From positions 206,598 to 248,716 of the forward strand of contig NW_008246085.1 in assembly GCF_000281045.1 (NCBI RefSeq): 42,119 nt of DNA, read 5' to 3'. The translations under genes were made by a program, and so were the position numbers. The stretch comes from Saprolegnia diclina VS20. Its lineage: Eukaryota. Shown here piece after piece: positions 1-12,409 of this stretch; positions within the stretch are counted from its first letter, which is position 1; each line of letters opens with the position of its first letter. Below the pieces are notes generated by a model. That model was given only the letters and a program-made list of their open reading frames with translations, had not been told where the DNA came from and did not search any database.

Positions 1-2
1 TG

Positions 3-3000
3 CTGCTGCTCGCGCTGTGCACGCTCGTGGGTAGCAACGAGCTCGTGCTCATCTCGCAGCCCGTCGCGACGGCCGCGGGCAACGAGCTCTCGCCGCCACC
101 GACCTTGCAGCTCCAAGACGGCGCCGGGACCGTCCTGCGCCACGTCAACAGCGGCTTTGTCTCGGTGTACATTAGCACCAACCCGCGCCTCTACGCGCAT
201 CTCTCTGGCGCGTCCGGCCTCGCCTTCCCGATCGTTGGCGGCGTCATCACGTGCACCGGTCTCTCGATCGACTGGGTTGCGTCCGGGTACACGCTCACGT
301 TTGTCTCGCTCTCGTTTGGCGTGCAAACGACGTCGCATCCCTTCGACATCCTCCTCGGACTTCCGCATACGATCGCGTTATCAACGGCCTTGGGCGCGAC
401 GACCGGCGGGTCGCCTTTTGCGCCGCAGCCTGTTGTTTCGATCGTCGACAAAGGCGGCAACGTCGTCTACAGCGTGAATACGGGGACGGTCTCCGTCGCG
501 ATAGGAAGTAACCCCGTCGGTGGCATCCTCACGCCGCCAAGTGCGCAGATCGCGATCTTCTCGGAGGGCGTCGCTGCCTTCCAGAATCTCCAGATTGACA
601 AGGCGGGCGGTCCGTACACGCTCCACTTTACGTGCGACGCGACGCTGCTCTTGCCGGGCGGACGCTCGCTCACGAGTCGCCCATTTGTAGTCGCAACGGG
701 GCCACCCGCGCGGGTATACTACTCTTTTGTATCAAAACGCAGTGAAATCGCATCTCCTTTGGTAGTTGGCGATCCTAGCGCACCCCTTGTCGGCGTTTGG
801 CGGCCAAGCGTTTATGGTCCAGCCCACGCTGCAGCTGCTCGACGCGGGCGGGAACATCCTTTCGACCGAGCCCAAGATGCTTGTGACCGCTTCGATTTAC
901 GCCAACCCGTCCGGCGGCCGCTTGTACCCGGCGATTGAGACCAATGCGAGTGTCGATCGCGGGGTCGCAAGCTTCAAGAACCTGCGCATCGACGCTGCCG
1001 GTCCTGGCTACGTGCTGCGTTTTGCCGTGATTTCCCACAATTTCACGTACGACACGTACAATGAAACCGGTCTTTTCGTCCTTGGACCGTCCTTTCCCGT
1101 GTACATCGGCGCACTCTTCTCGCTGCAGGTCGTGCAGTCGCCCACCATCTATGCGCTCGCGGGTGGGTGCTTGCCTATAGCAGCGGCGACGAGTAAGCTC
1201 TCACGTCGTCCGTAGATGGGCAGCCGTTTACAGAGCAGCCAGTCATTGCCCTCAAGGTTGATCGTTGCGTTCGCAGAAGTAGGGTGATGATGCTTCGTTA
1301 GGACCGCGGCAACAACACGCTTACCAGTGAAAATGCCGCGCTTGTATCCGTCTCGATGGTCCCCAGCCTCGCCGTGTACAGCACGCTCGTGGTCTCGACA
1401 GCGAATTGCCCGGTGGCCGCCATCACGGACGTGGGGCTTTTGCCGTCACCATTTTCAGCACCGTGCGCGCCTTGGGTCGTCGAGAAGGACTCTGATCATT
1501 GATGTGACGTAGGCATGGCGTCGGTACGGTGCTCCTTCTCAACGTCACCTTTTCCCAGCAGGTCCAAGCCAGAGGCAATATTGTCTTGCAGCTCAACAGT
1601 GGACTCGGCGCCGTCGCAACGTGCGACACGCTCCTCACGTGGTCGACCACGCTTACGTTCCGGTATGTCATTGCAGTCGGCGACACCAGCGCCGCACTCA
1701 ACTACGCGTCCACCTCCGCGCTGGTGGTAAGTCCCGGCGCGACGCTGCAAGACCGCATTGGCGTCTCACCGACGCTCACTCTGCCCGCAGCGGGATTGCA
1801 CCCGGTCGTATCGGTTGACACAACCGCTCCGGTGATCGTCTCGGTCGGGTGCGCGCCGCCGACCGTGGCCGGTACGTACGGTCCAGGGCAGACGCTCCAG
1901 CTGCTCGTGACTTTTTCGTCGCCCGTCGCCGTCCACGGCACCCAGGTGCCCTACCTGACTCTCAACACGGGTGGGACGGCTGGCTTTGTGAGCGGCAACA
2001 ACACGGCGGGCTTGGTGTTTGAGTATACTGTGGGCCTCGCCGACAGCACGGCGGCACTGGACGTGACGATGTCGCTCAGCGCAAACGGGGCGATTGTGCG
2101 GCGCGCGGGCACGGTCCTCACGCAAGATGCCACTTTACTTTTCCCAAATGCAGCAGCGATGCGGCTTCCTATGCAGTGTGCCCTTGCTCTCTCGTCGGCT
2201 GCCCCGATCGTCGACCCGACCGTCGGTGTCACGTCCACGACAGCCAACGGCGTCTACGCAGCCGGGGACCCCATTGTACTCCAAGTGACCTTTACAGCGC
2301 CCGTCGACGTCTCGGGAATCCCCCTTCTCTTGCTCAACACGATGCGGTATGCGTCGTACGTCTCGGGAAGCGGCTCGACCGTTCTCTCGTTCAAGTACAT
2401 TGTTCAGCCAGAGGATAATGTCCCGACGCTCGACTATGCGTCGTCTACGGCACTCGTGCGCAACGGCGGCGATCTCGTTCGGCACGTGACCGCCGGCACA
2501 GCGCTGCTTGCGTGCAACGTAGACCTCTCGGCGGCGACAGGCAACGGCCGGAACTTAGGTGCCACAGCGAGTTTGACCCTCCACGGTGTCGCGCCCGTCG
2601 TCACGACCGTTGCGTGGCCGGCGACACCGTCTACGTACGTCCGTGGTGCCACGATTGCGCTTTCCATTACTTTTTCATTCCCCGTCGTCGTCGCCGATGG
2701 TACTCCGTCGATTGCCCTCAGCAACGGAGGCACTGCCACGTATGCGTCTGGCTCTGGCACGTCGACACTCGTCTTTGCGTACACGGTGGCGCTGGGCGAC
2801 GCGACGCCGGCGCTGAGCTACGTGCCGTGGGCCGTCATTGCGCTGCACGGGGCTACGATTCGACAACGGTCGTCGTCGCCCATGCTCGCCGCCCAGTTGT
2901 CGCTGCCCTGGCCGGCGTCGATTACGAACGGACCCATTGCACTGGACCCGGCACTCGGTCACGTGACAAGCGTCGTGTCCATCTCGGCCGACCAAATCGC

Positions 3001-6000
3001 GGGCGAGTACGGCGAGAACCACGTTTTTGCGATCTCTGTGGTGTTCTCAGACAGTGTCTTTGTCACGGGAAGCATGCAGTTGGCGCTCAACACCCGCAGC
3101 GTGACGTACGCGACGGGGTCGGGGACCTCGACCTTGGTGTTCCTCTACACGGTACAGCCGCCGGATGCGACCGCGAGCCTCGGTATTGGCTCGGTGTCGC
3201 CACTGTCGTGCACGGCCGGTGGACCTTGCAGCCTTCTGAACGCCAACAACGTCGCTGTCAACAGGGACTGCACGGGCTTGAGTTTGCAGCCCGCCAACAT
3301 TGCGATCAGTACCGCCGCACCAGTTGTGGTCTCGGTGTCGGCGCTGACGCCGGCGCCGTTGATCAACCGTGGAACGTTCGTCGTCGGCGACGTCGTTCAG
3401 ATCCTCGTCGTCGCAAGCAAGCCCGTGGACGTTCAGACGTCACCGACGGCGCTGCCGCACGGCGTTCCGACGTTGCTTCTCAATACCGGCCGTGCCGCCT
3501 ATTTCGCAGGGTACAACACTGGAGACCGCACGCAACTGCTGTTTGAGTATACTGTGATGGCGGGCGACATGACACCCGCCTTGCGATACACGAGTACGTC
3601 GGCCTTGACGCTCAACTACAACCGAGGCAGCATCCTCCGGTTGGCGACGACGCCGACGACACCGATGAACCTGGCACTGCCACCCGTGGCCAACCTCGGT
3701 CTCAACCTCGTGGTCGACACGTCTCGGACGCCACTTGTGACGGACGTTGCTGCGGTGACACCCAACGGGGCGTACTATGTCGGTGACGTCATACAGATTC
3801 AGGTGACGTTTACCGAGACGGTCGCCGTGACGGGCATCCCCGTGTTGCTCTTGGACCTCGGTCGCTACGACCGTCGCGCCATCTACGTCTCGGGTACCGC
3901 GTCCACAATACTAGTGTTTCGCTATACCATTGGGCGAGACGATGTGTCGGCGGACTTGAGCTACCTCGACTCCAAATCGCTCTACTGCCCACCCGGCGCG
4001 ACCATCCGCTTCATGCAAGCATCTTTCATCAACAAGACGCGCTCATTTCACATGCGACACTGTATAGGGCAACGGTTCCTACGGTCCCGGCCAACTGCTT
4101 ACTGCCGCTGCCCGGTGCTGCGGGCTCGTTGAGTGCGAATAGCAACGCTCAGATCCGCGGGACGACGCCGTACATTACCGACATATCTTTTCTGTCGCCC
4201 AATGCCACGTACGTCGTCGGGAGCGCCGTAGACGTGCAAGTTACGTTCAGCGCCGCCGTCACGACGTCTGGGTCGCCGTTCTTGCGCATGGCGTCGGGGC
4301 CCTCGCAGCGTCAAGCGTTCCTTGTGGCGCCGGCCGGCGCCAGCCCGACGCTTGTCTTCCGATACACAGTGCAAACAGGTGATCGCAGTGACGCTCTCGA
4401 CTATGCCGACACGCAAGCGCTGCAGCTCAACGGGGGTAGTATCCTCACGGCGCCGACGCTACCGGCGTCCGTTGCAACGCAGCCCGTAAATGTGCATCTC
4501 AATCCACCGGGCGGCACCCTCTTTGGCGGTCGCGTCTTCCAGGCGGTCGCTGGCATCGCCTCGTTTCTCGAGCTCGGCATTAGCACCATTGGCCGAAGCT
4601 ACCAGCTCTTCTTTGCGTCCAGCACGGGGGTTGTCACGAAGACGATGATTGAGGTGTCGTACTCGGCGGTCTACGAAGTGCGCAATGCTCCGCTGAGTGT
4701 ACTGAATCGGGACGACCGCACCGGCGCCAGCGTCGCGGTCACCAGTAGCGTTGCTGTTGTCGGTTCACCCGGCGCCAAGGTCGCCGAATACAACGTTCAA
4801 GTCGTCACCGCCACCGGCAGTGCGACCGCGTTCGTCAACGAAGTCCAGTACGTTATGACGTCCTGCACTCACCGCGATGCAGTCCAGGTAATTGCTTCTA
4901 AGTTTATGGCTACGGTCCCAAAAACACAAACTAGGTGTTGACGACAAGCGCGGCGCCTGGCGAGACTGTCGGCGGGTATTTTTCACTGTTGCTGGGTGCC
5001 GTGGGGCCGTCGCGCCGCATCGCAAGTGACTATGACGCGACGCAGCTCAAGGTCGCCCTCGAGCTCGACTTTGGATACCCCCTCGGGTCGATTGACGTCA
5101 CACGGTCGCCCAATACGTTTTGCGGCTGCTGGAATGCGTTTGCGTGGACGATAACCTTTCGCGTACCGGGCGACATCCCGACGCTATTCGCACGCAACTT
5201 TCTCTCGGGCGCCGGCGCCACGGTCGGCGACGGGCGCGGAGGTGCTTTGGCCACCGTTCTCGTGCCACCAGCGGTCGTGTCGGGCTCGTTCGCCCTCCGC
5301 TACGGCAGTTTAGTGACACAAAACTTGGCTGTCGACATTGACGCACCAACGCTGGCCACGCGACTGTTTGCGGATCTGAATCTGCCCATTCTCAGGTACG
5401 CAGACTTCAAATCGACGTCATTCAAATCAGATCTAGTGTCGCCCGGTCGGCGCCCACGCCACAATCTGGTTATACGTGGAGCATCACATTTGATGCGACG
5501 GCGTCGCTCTTCAACCCTAACCCACTCCAACCTGCACCGGTGCTTCTGGCCGGCAACCAAGCTCTTCTTGCCGTGCGCACCGTGCGTGAAGGTTATGCAC
5601 CGCTCTCAGGCAGCTTCCAGCTAAGCCTCGGCGGGTACGCGACACCCAACATTGCAGTCACGGCGTCGACAGCTGCGATGGAGACGGCGCTCTTGACGCT
5701 GCCGGTGGTCTCGGCCGTCAGCGTTGCGCGATCCGGGCCAAACGCATTCGGTGGCTATGCGTGGACCATCACGTTTCTAAAGGTCAACCTCATGACGACG
5801 TACGGGCTCGTGCTCAACAGCCTCGGTACGCTGCCGCCTTTGGTGCCCACGACGCAACTCAACGGGTCACCGCTCCTCGTGGGCTCCAGCGCAACCATCC
5901 TTGTCGAATATGCCGGCGTCAACCCGTCGGCGAGCTCTGCTGTCGCGTACGGCAATGTCCCAGGGCAAAATGCGGGCTCTGCCACCGTTTTCGTGCCCAA

Positions 6001-9000
6001 GAACCAGCACTGGGTCGCGACGAGCGTCTTGGTCGGCGACGACACGCAGCTGGGCGACCAGTTTGGGGCGAGCGTCGCCGTCAACATGGCTGGCACCCAC
6101 ATCGTCATTGGCGCGCCGTATGCAGTACGTGCCAGTGCCCTTAACACGAGCCAAAGCGCACGTGGTGTAGGTGGATCGAGGCCGCAAAGAGGTGCAGACA
6201 CTGGTGTGCACGGCCGACGGTGGGGCCTTTACCCTATCGTTCTTGGGGATACCGTCCGCGCCCATCTCGTTTGCCACACCAGCAGTCTGCTTCCCTTTGA
6301 ATCGTTTCACTATAGTACTGAGTATGCACATGGTATAGGCGACGCTCCAAGCAACGCTGGCCGCGCTTCTCAACGTACCCGAATCCCTTCTTAGTGTGGC
6401 CCCGTACACGACACTGTGCAATGGCGCTGGCGTTGCTATCACCTTCTCAACGCCCGACTTAAGTGACGCGAGTGGCAATGTACCCAACCTGGTCGCAGGT
6501 GCGTATGACGCTTACGCTCGACCTTTGGTGATACATGAGGCGTAGACGGTACCCAGCTGACCAACGGCGGAGGGCCGGGGACGGTGACCGTGCTCGAGAC
6601 CATCGTGGGCTCTTTCCGACTTGACGGCGCCAGAGCAAAAGGCGTGACGTGTGGCGGCGCCTACTTCTTTGCTTTGGGCCCCACGGGTGCGTGGACCCAA
6701 ACAGCCAAATTCACACCATCAAGCGCATCGGGTGCAAGTGCGAGCGAGCTGGGGGCAAGTGCCAGCATCGAAACAACGCTGGCGGTCGTGGGCGCGCCGG
6801 GCGCCAGCAGCTCGATCGGCGAAGTCTACATCTACGAGTACGACGGCGTCGCGTGGAACCAGGTAGCCATCGTCTCTGCCTTCTCTTGTTGGACAAAGCA
6901 ACGTTCTCGTAGATTCAAATTCTCACGAGTGCGCCGTATGCTGGTGCGAAAGGCGACCGGTTTGGGGATTCCGTCGCGGTTTCCGGCTCGAAGATTGTTG
7001 TCGGCGCACCTGGCTACGATGGAGGCCTCGGCGCGGTCTTTATCTATGTCCGAGTCAACGGCGTGTTCGTCGTTCACCAACAAATTCAAGTACACATGTC
7101 TTTTGCGCTGAAGCGAGTCGAATGCGTCGTGGTAGGCGGCCGACTTGCAACTTGGCGATCGCTTTGGGAGCGCACTGGACCTCGACATGGCCACGTCGAC
7201 GCTTGCCGTGGGCAGCGAGACGCAGACGAGCGCGATGGGTGCCGTCTACGTCTACACGCTACCGGACGTGTACTTTACGCTGCAGCAAAAAGTGTCGGCG
7301 TCGAACGCGCGCGCCAACGATGGGTTTGGCCACAGTGTTGCCGTCGCGCAGAACGTTCTTCTAGTCGGCGCCAACGCCAAGTATGGCTCCAGCATACCGC
7401 GCACGGTGCGCAAGGCCGTCCAAACCATTACAACGTCGGCGGCGACTCCGATTCAGGCCGGCAGCACCTTTCGTGTCGGGTACCACCAGTACCGCCGAGG
7501 CCACGCCACCGACTACGTGTAATACGCGCTCGTCTCTGTGTCAATGATATTGAGGCACGTGTCGCTAGATACTCACCACCGATTCCATTTGACGTGAGCG
7601 CCGTCGCGCTTCAAACAGCGCTGGAGGCGTCGCTACAGACGGGTGCGCTGGTCGTTCAACGGCTCGGACCTGATGCAAACGGCGGGTGTACGTGGTACAT
7701 AACGTTCGCGGGCGCCACGGGCAACGTGCACAAGCTTCGCGTCGACGGGTCCAAGCTCGTGGGCAATGACGTTCGTATCGCGGCGTCAGTTTTGGTGGCT
7801 GTCCCACCCATTGTGCGCAGTGACGTCTACGTCTTTGCACGGTCGGGCGCCTCGTGGACAGAGCAAGCGACGCTGCGTCCGACCCACAAGCAGTTTTTCA
7901 GGTGCGTCTGGCGAGTTAGCATCGTCCGCGACTGTCGTGTAGCTTTTTTGGTGACGCGGTGGCCATGGCAAGGACAGGCGTCAACGCGATCGTTGGCGCG
8001 CCGAACGCCGACACGCGCTTCTCCCATGTCAACAGCGGCGCAGGCTACATCTTTGACATGGGGTTCCTCGACTTTGCTCTTTCATCGCCGTCGTACAGCG
8101 TCCTCGAAGGCGCGTCAGTGTCGGTGCCGATCCAGCGCTGCGGACCGGCTGGCCTCGCGTGCAAGCTGACAACGACGTATTTATACGTTTTCGGAGTGAT
8201 CTGCCTCACTCAAGTCTCCCCTGTCGTAGCACCACGGCGCGATACATCAACGTGGACACGGGCGACGCGGTCTCAGATCTGGCAGGCACCAACGCAGTGC
8301 CGTCGAGAAAGCGCAAGTACATCGGACCGTTCCAGCAGCTCGCCATGCTCGACGTGACAGCCACGACGCCAGGCGCAGCGTACTATCCGAATGTGATTGG
8401 CCCCGAGCCGTACCCGCAGGTGCCGTCCGGACGCTACCTGCGGCGTTCGTGGGTTGGCACCGCCAACAGCCGCGCCCAGTTCTACGGCAGCCCCGAGACG
8501 CGGTCGCGCTGGGTCGACGCGCAGTTTGACTACCAGGGGCTTTCGGACTACACGCCGACGAATGCCGCGCTGCTGTTTCCAGAAAACAACGTGTCGGCAT
8601 CCATTGTCGTCCAGACGAATGACGATATGGTCTTTGAGTTGCCCGACGAGACCATCAACGTGCGTCTGAGCGTGCCCGGCATGTGGCCCAGCTACCCGAG
8701 CCAATTTTGGTCGCAGATCACAATCCTCGACAACGGAGACGGCGGCTTTGGCACCACCTCGTACACAGCCATGTTGTCGGGCAGTGCGCCGTCGCGGCTC
8801 GGGGCCGCCATCGCGCTCCTCGAAAGCGGCAATTTGGCAGCGCTCGGCGCACCGTCGCAAGTGGATCCAACAAGCCAAACGGTGTGCGGGGCCGTCCTTG
8901 TCTACCGCGCGACGAGCGGCATCTGGGCACTCGAAACAACGTTGCGACCGCCGACGTGCAGCGAGGGACTGGCCTTTGGCACGTCGTTGGCGATCGATGC

Positions 9001-11533
9001 CGCGTATGGCACGACCCGCCTCGTCGTGGGCGCGCCGAGTGGCCCGTCGCCGGCTGCGTTTGTCTATACGCGCAACGCTGTGCTCGGCACGTGGTCGCTC
9101 GAGACGCAGCTTCGCGAGCCTACGGCGGTCTCGGGGAACGCCAAGTATGCGGCCGCCAACGCTGTAGCGATCCACGGTTATCACATTGTCGTGGGGGCCG
9201 CCGGTCTCGAATGCGCGTTCCTGTACACCTTCACGGCCACTCTGTGGCAGCCGGCCATCGTGTTGCGCGCCTCCGACTACGCCAGCGACGTTGTGTATCT
9301 GCAGAATGTGGTCCATGAATTCGGGCTTGGCACGTCGGTGGCGCTCGCACCGCGGACGCTTGTCGTTGGCGCGCCTTTGGCCAAATACGGTCCAACGCGG
9401 ATCGACGACACGGCCTACCTGGGCACCGGCGCTGTATACGTCTACTACCTTCCAGCGCAAGTGCAGCAAGTCACGCTGCGCGCTGATATGCCGTTGAATG
9501 CCGGCCATTTTGTCTTGTCCATCGGTGGTGCGTCGACGGTGCTCCTCAGCTACGAAATTACCGCTCTCGACTTGACGATCGCGCTCGAGCAACTACTGCC
9601 AAAAGTGCAAGTTGTGCGGACGGGCAGCATCGTCAAGGGCTTTACGTGGACTGTGACCATTCTGTCAGAAGTCACGACCGTACCCACCTTTCTCGCGGCG
9701 TGGCATGGGCACGGGTGTCTTTTGTGTGCAGCACTCAACAGCGGGTACCTACATGCGTGTGAAGCAGGGAGTCTCACCATCGTGGTGATAGGTATGCTGC
9801 CAACCCCGCCGGCCAGATCTCTGTTGCCAACATTGCGCCACTCGGGACATGGACCTTCCACCAGCAGCTCACGGCCGCCGACGGCAATCATGCCGACCGG
9901 TTTGGGTCTGACGTCGACATTGATGGCGACTCGATCATTGTTGGCGCCTTCGGCTCGTCGGCACTCGTTACGACGACTTGGAATTTCGAGACGGGGGATC
10001 TCACAGGCTGGGTGCAGACGGGTACTGCGTTTCTACAGCAGCCGACGTTTGGCGAAAACGTCCGCGCTCGCTCCCCCGGGCCCTCGAGTCGGGTGCAGCG
10101 CCAAGGTCTCGGCGTCATTGGTTTTGAAGGTCGGTACTGGGTTGGCACGTACGAAGCGCGTCCAGGCGCTGGACAGAGCCAGAACCCGACACCTTTCTCG
10201 TGTGGCTTCTTGAACGGTGACTGCACTGCGAGCCAAAACGCGGTACCGGGCGCCGCCATCGCAGGCACGGCACAAGGCGACGGTCCCCAAGGCACCCTTA
10301 CGTCACAGCCGTTCTCGGTTCGCGGTAGTCGAATCCGGTTTCGCATTGGCGGGGGCTGTACCCTCCGAACCATTTACGTCGAGCTACTCATTGACGGCGT
10401 CTCGGTGCAAAAGAACACAGGACGCTGCTCGGAGCGTTTGCACTCGGTGACCTGGAACGTGGCGCCGTACATGAACCGCACGGCGCAAATCCGCATCGTC
10501 GACGCCTCCGAGAGCGCTTTCTGGGGTCACATCAACGTCGATGCGTTCAATTTCGACTGGCCAATCGAGCAAGCGACCACGGAACTGGCGGGCGTCGCCT
10601 ATGTGTTTTATCAAAGCACGTCCTCGAATGTATATGGCGTCTGCAGCGGTGTCCCCAAGCTGCAGTGCGCATGGATGCTCCAGGCGCGGCTCGTTGCAAG
10701 TGATAAGCGCGACCACGACATGTTTGGTTTCAGCGTCAGCATCGATGACGTCAACGGCACCGCTGTCGTCGGCGCGCAAGGTCAAGCCGGTGTCAACCTC
10801 AACAACTCGATTGTCGACGGGTCTGCGACCGGCTCTATCTACGTGTACTCCCGTGTCCCTGCTGAGCGCGACGCCCTGGGCAATGTGCTCTTACCACCAC
10901 GTTGGCCAGGTCGGGAAACAGCCAAGCTCCAAGCGGTCAACAAAGCCGCGGGCGCCCAATTTGGGTACGCCGTGTCGATCACGAGCGGCCATGTCGCCGT
11001 CGGGAGTCCCGGCGCCGCTGCCGTCAACAATATCGGGCTCGGATACATCTTCAACTCGCAGTTTCTGCAAGTATCGGTCGCGGCCAATGAAGTCAGCGTC
11101 AAGGAAAACGACGTCAACGGACACGCCATCGTCATGCTGCTGCGTGCCGGGAACTCGACGGCGCCACTCACGATCGAGTTTGCGACGATAGCTGCGCGAC
11201 AGCTCTCATGATAATGTGCGTAGGTATGCAACGAGCGACTTGGATGCCCTGGGCGTCGACGCGCTTCGTTTCGCACAGTGCTTGCGCATGCTGATACCAA
11301 GCCGAGAGCAGTGTGGCAAGTACCAGCAAACGTCTGGCGAAGTGACGTTCGCTGCCGGTGTCACCTCAATCGCGATTCCCGTGCCCATCATGAATGACAA
11401 CTGCTACACAGAAGGCGAGTCGTACGTTGCGTTCCACCTCAACCTGCCCGGCGGCGACGTTCTTCTCGGCGAGCAGTTTTCCACGCGGATACGCATCGAC
11501 GACGATGATTTTGGGCAACCTCTTTGCCCATAA
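3..11533 (+). CDS. Giant secreted mosaic protein (~3,500 aa, 5'-partial): Ig-like repeats, FG-GAP/integrin-alpha-like blades, 'EVQ..GGxF..W.ITF' repeats, two Calx-beta-like domains and a GH32-associated-type beta-sandwich
   Basis: The + ORFs join in frame through 17 short introns, including 714-765, 1163-1215, 1257-1301, 1463-1512, 4015-4067 (GC-AG), 4888-4934, 5396-5436, 6125-6170, 6285-6338 and 7519-7568, with others starting near 6499, 6863, 7091, 7902, 8177, 9744 and 11178. The frame is open from nt 3 as LLLALCTLVGS/NELV, which looks like the tail of a signal peptide. FG-GAP motifs include GDQFGASVAV..IVIGAP, GDRFGDSVAVSG..IVVGAP and FGYAVSI..VAVGSP. Calx-beta-like ends are ITILDNGD and IRIDDDD. 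Stop TAA 11531-11533; no C-terminal TM segment. Confidence 0.85.
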
Positions 11534-11534
11534 T

Positions 11535-12409
11535 TCAGCTTTGGTTGAGGTAGTAGCTCAAATTGGCCGACGCCTTTTGAAGCGACTAGGACAAACCATT
11601 AGTTGTAGTGCGTGGGATATAGAAGGATATATAGCAAACGGCTTTGAGTACGCGGGACTGCTTAGCGCGCAGCTTGTCGCTTGCATGTGCGTGCGTCGTC
11701 ACGGTGGCCATGGTCTAATATGGTGTGGGCTTTCGCAAAGAGGGTATTGCGATTCCCACGTGTTGGAGCTGCTTCGTATCGCGTTGGTACCGAGCTTGGA
11801 GCTCCTTCATGCTATTCTACGCACAAGAGTCCGCATTATCCTCTACGATACATCGAGTCTACTTCACCTTGAGGGATTGTATCTGCGCCTCTTTCTTTCG
11901 CAGCTCCGATACAAGCTTGGTGCATGAGCGCTCGTGAAGACAAGCCTCGTCCGAGCACACTGAGCGCTCGTGAGGCAATTGCTTGGGCGGCAAGTCGTCG
12001 TCCAGAGGGATCACATGGGGCAGGACCATATCTTTGAGCTCCTTGGTCGAGGGACTTGAGGCGAAGGAAGTACTGGCTGCTTGAGAGAATTTGGCTAAGA
12101 ACGAAGCATGGTACATGGAAGGCTACGGATGAGCGCGAGGGGCTGGAGAAGACTCCATCCACCATACTCTGCGACCTCTCGCCGCGCTTGCTGCATCCCG
12201 TCGACTTCCCGTACTCCAAAGCATAGGTAGATCTGCGCATGAGCTCCATGAGGATCGCGCTTGACGATGCCTCATGCTCGTACCTTGATGTCTTCCACAG
12301 AGGTGGGTGCATGGAGAACTTCCTTTCGGGCTCTACATGGAGGTGCATGAGCTCCTGTCGCCTTCCTGTCGCCCGCGTACCGTTTGATCGTCATGGGGTC
12401 GCTGGTCAT
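11535..12409 (-). CDS. Hypothetical multi-exon protein with a C-terminal coiled coil
   Basis: ATG at 12409 (or 12394). The first two exons give MTSDPMTIKR/ARKEVLHAPTSVEDIK. The 3' exons join in phase 0 through GT-AG introns as KLVSELRKKEAQIQSLK/NSMKELQARYQRDTKQLQH/TMATV..KQSRVLKA/SLQKASANLSYYLNQS*, with TGA at 11535-11537. Splicing of the middle exons (12120-12230) is ambiguous. Confidence 0.55.

Noticed and set aside
8273..9592. Long antisense and alternate-frame ORFs (8273-9592 -, 13115-14347 -, 26834-27853 -, 33824-34891 +, 37369-38631 -)
   Set aside because: They are shadows of GC-rich, codon-biased real genes on the opposite strand and contain no recognisable motifs.
27..11533. Apparent frameshifts, pseudogene or operon of separate ORFs in the first 11.5 kb
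   Set aside because: Each frame change is explained by a short intron (GT-AG, one GC-AG) that restores the repeat motifs.
11394..11927. 177-aa + strand ORF after the giant gene
   Set aside because: Out of frame with the Calx-beta exon and antisense to the better-supported minus-strand gene.
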